Shown here: in pieces, positions 1-6,996 of the stretch | How positions within the stretch are numbered: position 1 is the stretch's first letter | How the letters are laid out: each line of letters begins with the position of its first letter | NCBI GenBank assembly: GCA_041548245.1 | Contig: JBFESZ010000073.1 | Location: 1-10,676, forward strand | Reading direction: 5' to 3' | Origin: Sulfurimonadaceae bacterium | GTDB lineage: Bacteria; Campylobacterota; Campylobacteria; Campylobacterales; Sulfurimonadaceae | Length of the DNA: 10,676 nt | Notes under the pieces: generated by a model | Database searches by the model: none | What the model saw: the letters and a program-made list of their open reading frames with translations, nothing else | What the model was told of the DNA's origin: nothing | Position numbers and translations under genes: made by a program

Positions 1-2
1 AG

Positions 3-770
3 ATCCTATACCGTTTTATCAGTCTTTTGTATGCTTTTGTAGCGAGATTGTTTGAAGAGAAGGGGGAGCTCTTCTTTGAAATAATCATCGAGGAAAATGA
101 TGCATGTTTTTATTTTACGATATGGAATATAAATGTTTCTGCTGCTTTAAAAAAACTGTTAAAACAGCAGTCCAATGATTTTCCTTTTAAAGCCGATAAA
201 AAGCGTATTACAATCAAATTGATCAAAGAGGTCTCGCTCAAGCATCACGAGATATGTAATGTTGAACAGGAGAAAAGAAGACAAAACCTGATTACATCGC
301 TTACTGAGCCAAGTGTCGCTGTAGTACCGCCTTACACTTTTATGCAACGAGAGGACATAGATGAGGTATTAAAGATCTGTGATGACATGGTTGATCTGAT
401 GTATCGATGTAAAAAAGTGGGCTTTCAAAAGGATGTGTTTATACGTCTGCGATCATGCCTAAGCATGTTCTGTCTGAGTGCAATGTCATATCCTCAAATC
501 TCCGGAATTGTTAATCTTATCACGGAGTTCTCTGTCTTGATGAATACCTCCTGGGAAGCCTTTTCACAGATGACAATGGACGAGGTCGCCCTGGTAGAAG
601 GATTTGTTAATAACATAGACCGCTGGGCCAATGTACTCTTTGTAACTGGTGGGGCGGATCTGCATTTTATGGACAGTTCACTGAAGGCGGATATTGCCAT
701 GATACGGATGCAAATAGAACCACAGCAACTAGCAGATGAACAGAATCTTGAGGACATCTTTGATTTTTAA
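3..770 (+). CDS. Hypothetical protein, 5'-truncated, with C-terminal helical domain and acidic/Phe tail; paralog of 3427..3933
   Basis: The frame is open from the window edge (ATC CTA TAC CGT TTT ATC AGT CTT TTG...), so the TTG at 27 is probably not the real start. Ends ...DLHFMDSSLKADIAMIRMQIEPQQLADEQNLEDIFDF* (TAA 768-770). No catalytic motif recognised. Confidence 0.85.
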   Translation: MLYRFISLLYAFVARLFEEKGELFFEIIIEENDACFYFTIWNINVSAALKKLLKQQSNDFPFKADKKRITIKLIKEVSLKHHEICNVEQEKRRQNLITSLTEPSVAVVPPYTFMQREDIDEVLKICDDMVDLMYRCKKVGFQKDVFIRLRSCLSMFCLSAMSYPQISGIVNLITEFSVLMNTSWEAFSQMTMDEVALVEGFVNNIDRWANVLFVTGGADLHFMDSSLKADIAMIRMQIEPQQLADEQNLEDIFDF

Positions 771-779
771 GAGCAGTTC

Positions 780-1259
780 TTATCGGAAAAGCTCTTTATA
801 TCGTTGCAGTTTCGATGCAAAGGAGAGTGCCGCATAAGCGGGTGAAGGAGAGGGAAGCAGGATTTTTTTTACAGGAAGGTCTTTATACTTTGTGTTGAAG
901 ATGGACTCGGCTTTTTTCCCTGTAAACATAATCGTATGTATTGATGGGTACGTATCAAGCAGCGTTTTAAAATCATTGACTTCAATTTTTTCCAGATTGG
1001 AGTCACTGGAGTTTCCATGACTTCTTTTGAGGCTTTTCGCACTGTCCCAAAGGGCGAGGTGATGTCTTTTACACAGAGATATCTTTTGTTCAAGGGTGGA
1101 AGTCTCTTCCTCAAAGACTTTCGCTAAAAGTGGCCAGAACTGATTGCGTGGATGGGCATAATAAAAACCCTCTTCAAAAGATTTAAGACTTGGGAATGAG
1201 CCAAGTACCAATATCTTGGAGTCGGAAAAGATGATGGGCTCAAAAGGGTGGTGTTCCAT
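780..1259 (-). CDS. Uracil-DNA glycosylase superfamily, family 6 type (hypoxanthine/deoxyinosine DNA glycosylase)
   Basis: Motifs HPFEPI, ILVLGSFPS, FYYAHPRNQFW, LALWD, SSDSNL, FTGKKA and LPSPSPA. Best start is ATG at 1259 (MEHHPF), 1 nt after the plsC stop, rather than 1298. Confidence 0.9.
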   Translation of the reverse strand: MEHHPFEPIIFSDSKILVLGSFPSLKSFEEGFYYAHPRNQFWPLLAKVFEEETSTLEQKISLCKRHHLALWDSAKSLKRSHGNSSDSNLEKIEVNDFKTLLDTYPSIHTIMFTGKKAESIFNTKYKDLPVKKILLPSPSPAYAALSFASKLQRYKELFR

Positions 1260-1260
1260 C

Positions 1261-1947
1261 TTATTGTATATCGAACTGCTTTTTGTAGGCTTCTTCAAGA
1301 GTCATTGATTTGTCTTTGTGGTCGATGATATCTCCGATCTCGATATCGATGGTACGCTGTTTCTTTTCATCTTTTAATGAAGACATCAGGACATCATTGG
1401 CCTGTGTACGGATGAAAACGGGAAGGATGGAAAGACGGTTCTTAACGGCGATGATACGTGAGCCCTCTTTAAACTCTCCCAGTTCTGAAGTACCTTTGTT
1501 CCTTGTGCCTTCAGGAAAGATGTAGATAGAATCGCCATCTTTCACACAGGTTTTTATATCATTGAAAAAACCGCTCATCTGAGAAGACTCCCTATCTAGT
1601 AGAATGGTTCCCGCATTTCTTACAAAGAGACCGAAAAAGAAGGAGTTGTAGAGCTCTTTTTTTGAGATCCAGTGGCCAAAGAGTTCCGTCTCTTTCGTGG
1701 CGATTTCGATGATAAGGGGATCAATCACACTTCGATGATTGGAAACAAGCAGATACTGACCCTCTTGTGGCAGTTTCTCCTTGTTGATGATATTGATGGT
1801 GATATTGAGTTTTTCAAGGAGTTTGGTCGCATACTCGATGCGATGTTTTTTTTTGGTGTTTGCGTCGGTGACCCCTCTTAATTTAAAGCCGTAATAATTG
1901 GTTAAATAGGTTGCATAGACGGCCATCTTTAGTTGGTTGAATGTCAC
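1261..1947 (-). CDS. plsC: 1-acyl-sn-glycerol-3-phosphate acyltransferase (PlsC family)
   Basis: Catalytic NHRSVID (H-x4-D), AGTILLDR and IFPEGTR motifs. GTG start preceded by AAGGA RBS (cgAAGGAaattatGTG). Confidence 0.9.
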   Translation of the reverse strand: MTFNQLKMAVYATYLTNYYGFKLRGVTDANTKKKHRIEYATKLLEKLNITINIINKEKLPQEGQYLLVSNHRSVIDPLIIEIATKETELFGHWISKKELYNSFFFGLFVRNAGTILLDRESSQMSGFFNDIKTCVKDGDSIYIFPEGTRNKGTSELGEFKEGSRIIAVKNRLSILPVFIRTQANDVLMSSLKDEKKQRTIDIEIGDIIDHKDKSMTLEEAYKKQFDIQ

Positions 1948-1973
1948 ATAATTTCCTTCGTTTATATGACGGA

Positions 1974-1981
1974 ATCATATC
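1974..1981 (-). promoter_or_regulatory. Putative sigma70 -10 box (GaTATGAT) for the plsC operon
   Basis: Minus strand reads aaaagGaTATGATtccg about 27 nt upstream of the GTG start, just upstream of the RBS. Confidence 0.4.
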
Positions 1982-2029
1982 CTTTTTTAGTTTAATCTTT
2001 TAAATTCATCAGCATGTGTCACAAGTAAG

Positions 2030-2037
2030 GATATACT
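2030..2037 (+). promoter_or_regulatory. Putative -10 box (GaTATACT) 6 nt upstream of the dbpA ATG
   Basis: TATACT at 2032-2037, spacer TCCATC, ATG at 2044. Upstream sequence is T-rich. Confidence 0.5.
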
Positions 2038-2043
2038 TCCATC

Positions 2044-3417
2044 ATGAATACAAATCAATTTTCAACACTCAGCCTAACGGATGAGATGTTATATAACCTG
2101 GATGAACTCGGCTATAAAAAGATGACACCCATACAGGCTCAAGCTTTGCCTTTGATCCTGGAGAATGTCGATATCATCGCACAGGCAAAGACGGGCAGTG
2201 GAAAGACAGCCGCTTTTGGTATAGGGCTGTTAAGCAGACTTCAGGTTAAGAAGTTTAGCGTGCAGTCGCTTGTGTTGTGTCCGACAAGAGAACTTGCCGA
2301 TCAGGTCGCAAAAGAACTCCGCCGATTGGCTCGTGCGACGCATAATGTAAAGGTATTGACCTTATGTGGCGGTGCAGCATTTGGACCGCAATTGGGTTCG
2401 CTAAGACATGGTGCGCATATCGTTGTTGGAACACCGGGACGTGTACACGAACATTTAAAAAAAGGCTCTTTAAAGCTGCAGGAGCTGGAGACACTGGTCC
2501 TTGATGAGGCTGACCGCATGCTCGATATGGGATTTGTCGAAGAGATCGAAAGGGTGATCTCCTATGCCCCGCAACAGCGCCAGACACTGCTTTTTTCCGC
2601 GACCTTTCCCGAAGAGATTCTCACCCTTAGCGGTTCTATTCAAAAAAATGCAGTCAGTGTAAAGACAATTGCTGAGGAAAGTGCCAACAAAATTACCGAA
2701 CATTTCTATGGAGTGGGTAAAGAGAATAAGCTGAATGCATTGATAAAGATACTGGGAAGATACAGACCTGAGACGAGTATCGTCTTTGCCAACACTAAGC
2801 TTGAATGCCAGCAGATCGCGGATTCACTGCGTGAACGGGATATCGATGCCTTGGCTATTCATGGTGACTTGGAGCAATATGAAAGAAATGATGTTTTGGT
2901 CCAGTTTGCCAATGGGAGCTGCTCTGTACTCATCGCGACAGATGTGGCGGCACGGGGTCTGGATATCAAAGACTTGGAGATGGTCATTAATTATGACCTT
3001 CCCCGGGATGAATCCACCTATACTCACCGTATAGGCAGGACCGGACGTGCGGGTAAAGAGGGGATGGCTTTTAGTTTATTTACAGATGATGAGTTAAGAG
3101 AGGCGGATGCATATAAAAACGATACGCGTATCTTTGATGAAAGCAACACTCTGGAAGAGATAGAAGGCTTTAGCCTGAAACCACCCAATGTCACACTTGT
3201 TATCGAAGGTGGCAAAAAAGAGAAGATGCGTCCGGGAGATATTCTTGGTGCTTTGACAGGAGAAGCGGGCTTGCAAGGCAAGTATATCGGAAAGATAGAC
3301 ATCTATGATAGACAGTCGTATGTCGCTATAGAGAGAGAGCATATCATGCAAGCGCACAGACAGCTTCAAAAAGGTCGTATCAAGGGGAAAAAGTTTTCTG
3401 TATGGATCCTGGATTAG
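2044..3417 (+). CDS. dbpA: ATP-dependent DEAD-box RNA helicase DbpA (23S rRNA helicase)
   Basis: Q motif GYKKMTPIQ, AKTGSGKT, PTRELA, TPGR, DEAD, SAT, ARGLD, HRIGRTGR, plus the DbpA C-terminal RNA-binding domain (GGKKEKMRPGDILGAL...KIKGK). 457 aa. Confidence 0.95.
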   Translation: MNTNQFSTLSLTDEMLYNLDELGYKKMTPIQAQALPLILENVDIIAQAKTGSGKTAAFGIGLLSRLQVKKFSVQSLVLCPTRELADQVAKELRRLARATHNVKVLTLCGGAAFGPQLGSLRHGAHIVVGTPGRVHEHLKKGSLKLQELETLVLDEADRMLDMGFVEEIERVISYAPQQRQTLLFSATFPEEILTLSGSIQKNAVSVKTIAEESANKITEHFYGVGKENKLNALIKILGRYRPETSIVFANTKLECQQIADSLRERDIDALAIHGDLEQYERNDVLVQFANGSCSVLIATDVAARGLDIKDLEMVINYDLPRDESTYTHRIGRTGRAGKEGMAFSLFTDDELREADAYKNDTRIFDESNTLEEIEGFSLKPPNVTLVIEGGKKEKMRPGDILGALTGEAGLQGKYIGKIDIYDRQSYVAIEREHIMQAHRQLQKGRIKGKKFSVWILD

Positions 3418-3426
3418 GCCAGGAGG

Positions 3427-3933
3427 CTAAAAGAAGAGATCATCAAGCGAATCATCATCATAGTTCTCGATCATACAGATGCCCAAGGCCATCTCAATCG
3501 TGTTGATGTCGGCAACAATGGACTGGTACTGGACAGGATGTTCAAAGGGTGTGACTCCGCTTAGAAAACGATAGCTGAACCATTTATGAAGTTCATTAAC
3601 AAAAGAGTAAACAATATCACCGATTGTATGATCGTGAAGTATTTTCTCTTGAAACTCATAAAGTAAAAGTGAGAAGCGTTTGACAATAGGAAATATTTCC
3701 TGGAGTTCCTCTTCATTGTTGTGATTGATGATAGAAGCGGCGTAAGAGAGTTGTGAGCAGATCTTGTGGAGGCTCTCTTTGGAATGATTACAGTCTTCTA
3801 TCGCATCGATCAGGTTTTGTACGACTTCTTTTTCTTCTTTTACCTCCTCATAACAGCACAGGGAGATAACATTGGAAAACTCTCGGCAGTCTCTGCCGAG
3901 ACATGATCTGTCTTCTTTAATACATTGTTTCAT
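3427..3933 (-). CDS. Hypothetical protein, Cys-rich N-terminus, acidic DDDSLDDLFF tail; paralog of the 3..770 C-terminal domain
   Basis: 168-aa ORF fills the gap between dbpA and the upstream intergenic region, and aligns by eye with the C-terminal ~145 aa of the first ORF. No clear RBS, so the start is less certain. Confidence 0.8.
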   Translation of the reverse strand: MKQCIKEDRSCLGRDCREFSNVISLCCYEEVKEEKEVVQNLIDAIEDCNHSKESLHKICSQLSYAASIINHNNEEELQEIFPIVKRFSLLLYEFQEKILHDHTIGDIVYSFVNELHKWFSYRFLSGVTPFEHPVQYQSIVADINTIEMALGICMIENYDDDSLDDLFF

Positions 3934-4122
3934 AATGGGTAACTTTGAATATAAAAATTATTGATTTTAGAAAAAGAATTTTAATTCAAGAATCTTATAT
4001 AGAATGGAAAAAGGAGTAACGGTTTTTGATACTTTTTAGAATGTATGATTTTTGTGACAAAACTACACATATATCCTGGTTTTTAGATAAAAAAATTCAA
4101 TCGTATTGAGCGTTTAAATGAG

Positions 4123-5016
4123 TCAGTGCCCGTAGTAATTACTCTTTTGGTTGTAGAGTTTTGAATCGGCAATTTGGAAAAGTTGATCGTAAGTGGTTCC
4201 ATCTTGGGGAAAGCAGGAATAACCTATGCTCCAGCTGATTTGAAGCGGTTCTTCTTCATCCATATTGTTCATCATAAGACGGGTTCCTATTTTTTGGATA
4301 AGCAAAGCGAGTTCATCTGATGTTTCCAAATTCTCGACAATAATCAAAAACTCGTCACCGCCATATCTTGAGACAGTATCGCTCTGTCGAAGGTTCTGGT
4401 TTAGATGTTTTGCTACTTCAATCAAGACCTTGTCGCCTGTCTGGTGGTTAAACTGATCATTGATCTGTTTAAACTCATTAAGATCGCACAGTATCATCCC
4501 GAGCTTTTTTCCGCTTCGTATCGAGCTTGAAAGGGCGTGGCTAAATCGAGTCTTCACCAGGTTTCGGTTAGCCAGTCCCGTCAAGGGATCATGCAGGGCT
4601 AAGTGCTGATAGCGTTGCATGAGGTGATGCTCTTTCGTGATATCTTCAAACATGCCGATATAGTAGGTCTTTTTTTGATGATGAACCCGTTGGATTTTTT
4701 CTGAAACAAGTATCAAGGAACGATTTTTGTGCCTGTTCCAGATTTCTCCTTCATAAGAACCTTCCTCAGATAGCTTTGCCCACATTTTCTCATAGAAGCC
4801 ATGGTCATATTGACCTGACTTCAGTAAAGAGAGTCGCTCTCCCTCTATCTCATCTTTGGAGTAACCACTCAGATTGCTGAATGCCTCATTAGATAAGATG
4901 ACAATACCATTTTCATCAGTGACAATTGTCGCAACGGGAGAGGATAAAAAGATCTGTTCAAACAATGAACTCTCACTTAAAACAGTTGAAGCAAGCATTG
5001 ATTGTAAAAACCCCAT
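4123..5016 (-). CDS. PAS-GGDEF diguanylate cyclase
   Basis: PAS domain (VTDENG..SNEAFSNLSGYSKDEIEG...LLKSG...FYEKMW...YEGEIWNRHKN), then HDPLTGLANR, DLNEFKQINDQFNHQTGD, I-site RQSD, intact RYGGDEF and ADSKLY. AAGG RBS. Confidence 0.95.
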   Translation of the reverse strand: MGFLQSMLASTVLSESSLFEQIFLSSPVATIVTDENGIVILSNEAFSNLSGYSKDEIEGERLSLLKSGQYDHGFYEKMWAKLSEEGSYEGEIWNRHKNRSLILVSEKIQRVHHQKKTYYIGMFEDITKEHHLMQRYQHLALHDPLTGLANRNLVKTRFSHALSSSIRSGKKLGMILCDLNEFKQINDQFNHQTGDKVLIEVAKHLNQNLRQSDTVSRYGGDEFLIIVENLETSDELALLIQKIGTRLMMNNMDEEEPLQISWSIGYSCFPQDGTTYDQLFQIADSKLYNQKSNYYGH

Positions 5017-5047
5017 ACAAAACCTTGGAAGAAATGTTACTTCAGAT

Positions 5048-5082
5048 ATTTTAAACTATGGATGTAACATTGATGTCAAATT
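5048..5082 (-). promoter_or_regulatory. Promoter of the diguanylate cyclase: 11-bp tandem repeat (putative OmpR-type box) plus -10 TAAAAT
   Basis: Plus strand has GATGTAACATT GATGTCAAATT (5061-5082, 9/11 identical). Minus-strand TAAAAT at 5053-5048. 25/33 identical to 7659-7691. Confidence 0.6.
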
Positions 5083-6962
5083 GCTTCTATATGGTAGATA
5101 AACCGGTTGCGACCATGCAGATAATCGACGCGTATGAAGATCTCATTACGTTCACAGATCGTCTTGACCATACTTAAGCCAATGCCGCTTCCTTCGACCC
5201 TATGGTTTTCTCTTGTATAACGGTGAAAGATAGTCTCGATATTATCAATTGCCTTTGCATAGTTCTCGAATCTTAGCTCGACTTCATTATTGATCTTTCG
5301 AAGTGAAAGGGTGATCGCTTTACCCTGTTCGCCATGTTTAATCGCATTGGAAAGATTGTTATCGATGAGGTACTCTGCCTCATAGGGGTTCATCATTACC
5401 ATAATGTCAGGCTCTATATATTGCTCTAGTATCACATCATTGGTCTCAGCAACAATACTGAATATTTTACAACGCTGCTCAAATAGTTTAGATATGTCAA
5501 GACGTTCTTTAACATATTCGATTTTATCATGCTGGACCATGTAACTTAGTGAATCATACATATGTTCAATGGAGACTAACGAAGAGCGGATTCGCTTTTT
5601 GGCTTCCTTGTCTGCCGTTTGGATCATCTCAAGGGCTATCTTGATGACACTTAAGGGGGTTCGTATCTGATGGATGGCATTGCCCGAAAAGATTTTAAAC
5701 TCTTCATAGAGTGATTTGTTGCTGAGTATCTCACGCTGTAAATCTTCCAAGAGCTGATTATAGGTACGTGATATCGCACCCAACTCATCATTTCGGTAAG
5801 GAATTTTCTCAAACGGGACAGACTCTTTTTTTCTCATCTTCGACTGCATGATAGAGAGTGGATCAAGGATCTTATAGCGTAAAATCCATATCAGTATGCC
5901 AATAAGCAGGCTGAAAAAAATCCAGAAGGCCCACATCGACTGTTGCATGAAATGACGTGCCTTTTCTATCTCACTATGGTCAAACTCCATGATGAGCAGA
6001 TTGATACTCTTGTCCAAGTTGTTTCGAAAAGTCATAAAGGGCATCATGATCCTATGTACATAGTGGCCCTCTTCCCATAAATGAATGTCCTGATATTTTA
6101 GTTCACCTATGATCTTATTTGAAAAGTACTCCATAAGAACCTGGTGGGTGACCTCATGCATAGGTATGCCTATTATGGGAACAACCTGTTTTTTAAACAT
6201 CTCAAGGTCCCTTTGGCGTAAAATTTGCTTCTGTTTAGTTTGGCTGAATGAGTGGCTGTTCCATTGTAACTCTACATTGACGATATCGGGTGATATAGGA
6301 AAAAGCTGGTAAATATGCATGTTTAAAAGTGTCGGAATCTTTTCTTGGAGTCTGTTGATAGAGCTTTTTAGAGAATATTCGTTTTTAAGGCTTAGACCGA
6401 GCTGGATCATATAATCACCATGCTTTGCCTTTTGGACGATATAACGCCGGAAGTCCTGTGAAACCCCATCATAGTGAATGGCTGAAAGATCTATATCTAC
6501 TTTTTGTGAGAAGACATTTTGCAAGATGATATATGCCAGGTTTAATACTTTAAAATCGAGTCCAAGATCCGGTAAAAAAGTGCTTTTTTCGATGATATAG
6601 TCGCTATTGATAAGGTACACGCTGTAAGTCAAGTCTTTTTGACCCGTATTCAATAGATTTGCGAGCGTTTCTACGGAAGCCATGCGACCGTTCTCTTTAA
6701 AATACTTCTGAGCAGTTTCAAGTGCCTGGTACATCGGCTTCTCTTCTTCATAGAAACGGTAGGCGATACGGTCATAGATGGTATCTATTCTCTTGGTGAC
6801 ATCGTGGGCACGGTTGAGTGACTCCTGGTTCATCTTCTCAAGCAGCGTCGTTTGCAAAAAATAGTAGTAGCCTGAAGAAAAAAGTACAGCGATAAGGATG
6901 CCGATAGCAATGAGTAAATAGACAAGCTGCTTGATTTTCATATGCATTGCTGTCGTTTCCAT
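5076..6962 (-). CDS. Membrane-bound sensor histidine kinase (TM - large periplasmic domain - TM - HAMP - HisKA - HATPase_c)
   Basis: Two hydrophobic segments (LVYLLIAIGILIAVLFSSGYYYFL; MWAFWIFFSLLIGILIWIL), HAMP (ILDPL...NDELGAISRTYNQL), H-box NAIHQIRTPLSVI, N-box DNNLSNAIKH, F-box IFHRY, G2 GSGIGL. Start is ambiguous: ATG at 6962, 6947 or 6941. Confidence 0.93.
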   Translation of the reverse strand: METTAMHMKIKQLVYLLIAIGILIAVLFSSGYYYFLQTTLLEKMNQESLNRAHDVTKRIDTIYDRIAYRFYEEEKPMYQALETAQKYFKENGRMASVETLANLLNTGQKDLTYSVYLINSDYIIEKSTFLPDLGLDFKVLNLAYIILQNVFSQKVDIDLSAIHYDGVSQDFRRYIVQKAKHGDYMIQLGLSLKNEYSLKSSINRLQEKIPTLLNMHIYQLFPISPDIVNVELQWNSHSFSQTKQKQILRQRDLEMFKKQVVPIIGIPMHEVTHQVLMEYFSNKIIGELKYQDIHLWEEGHYVHRIMMPFMTFRNNLDKSINLLIMEFDHSEIEKARHFMQQSMWAFWIFFSLLIGILIWILRYKILDPLSIMQSKMRKKESVPFEKIPYRNDELGAISRTYNQLLEDLQREILSNKSLYEEFKIFSGNAIHQIRTPLSVIKIALEMIQTADKEAKKRIRSSLVSIEHMYDSLSYMVQHDKIEYVKERLDISKLFEQRCKIFSIVAETNDVILEQYIEPDIMVMMNPYEAEYLIDNNLSNAIKHGEQGKAITLSLRKINNEVELRFENYAKAIDNIETIFHRYTRENHRVEGSGIGLSMVKTICERNEIFIRVDYLHGRNRFIYHIEAI

Positions 6963-6996
6963 TTTAAAGAATAGGCCAGATGTGCCATGGTGTTAT

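Noticed and set aside
1260-1298. N-terminal extension MKKPTKSSSIYNK of the glycosylase ORF
   Set aside because: It overlaps the plsC 3' end. The family-typical start MEHHPF at 1259 directly follows the plsC stop.
159-3369. Short alternative-frame or antisense ORFs in the track (159..347, 494..757, 869..1114, 1310..1525, 1672..1881, 2255..2587, 2301..2519, 2470..2703, 2786..3034, 2824..3027, 3024..3302, 3094..3369)
   Set aside because: All lie inside well-supported genes and show no motifs. Treated as shadow ORFs.
3934-4122. Possible c-di-GMP riboswitch or sRNA in the intergenic region next to the cyclase
   Set aside because: Very AT-rich, with no recognisable GEMM motif or stable stems by eye. 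An Rfam scan would be needed to exclude it formally.
5074-5079. Perfect TTGACA on the minus strand as a classical -35
   Set aside because: Spacing to TAAAAT is 20 nt, not about 17. It is better explained as a half-site of the tandem repeat.
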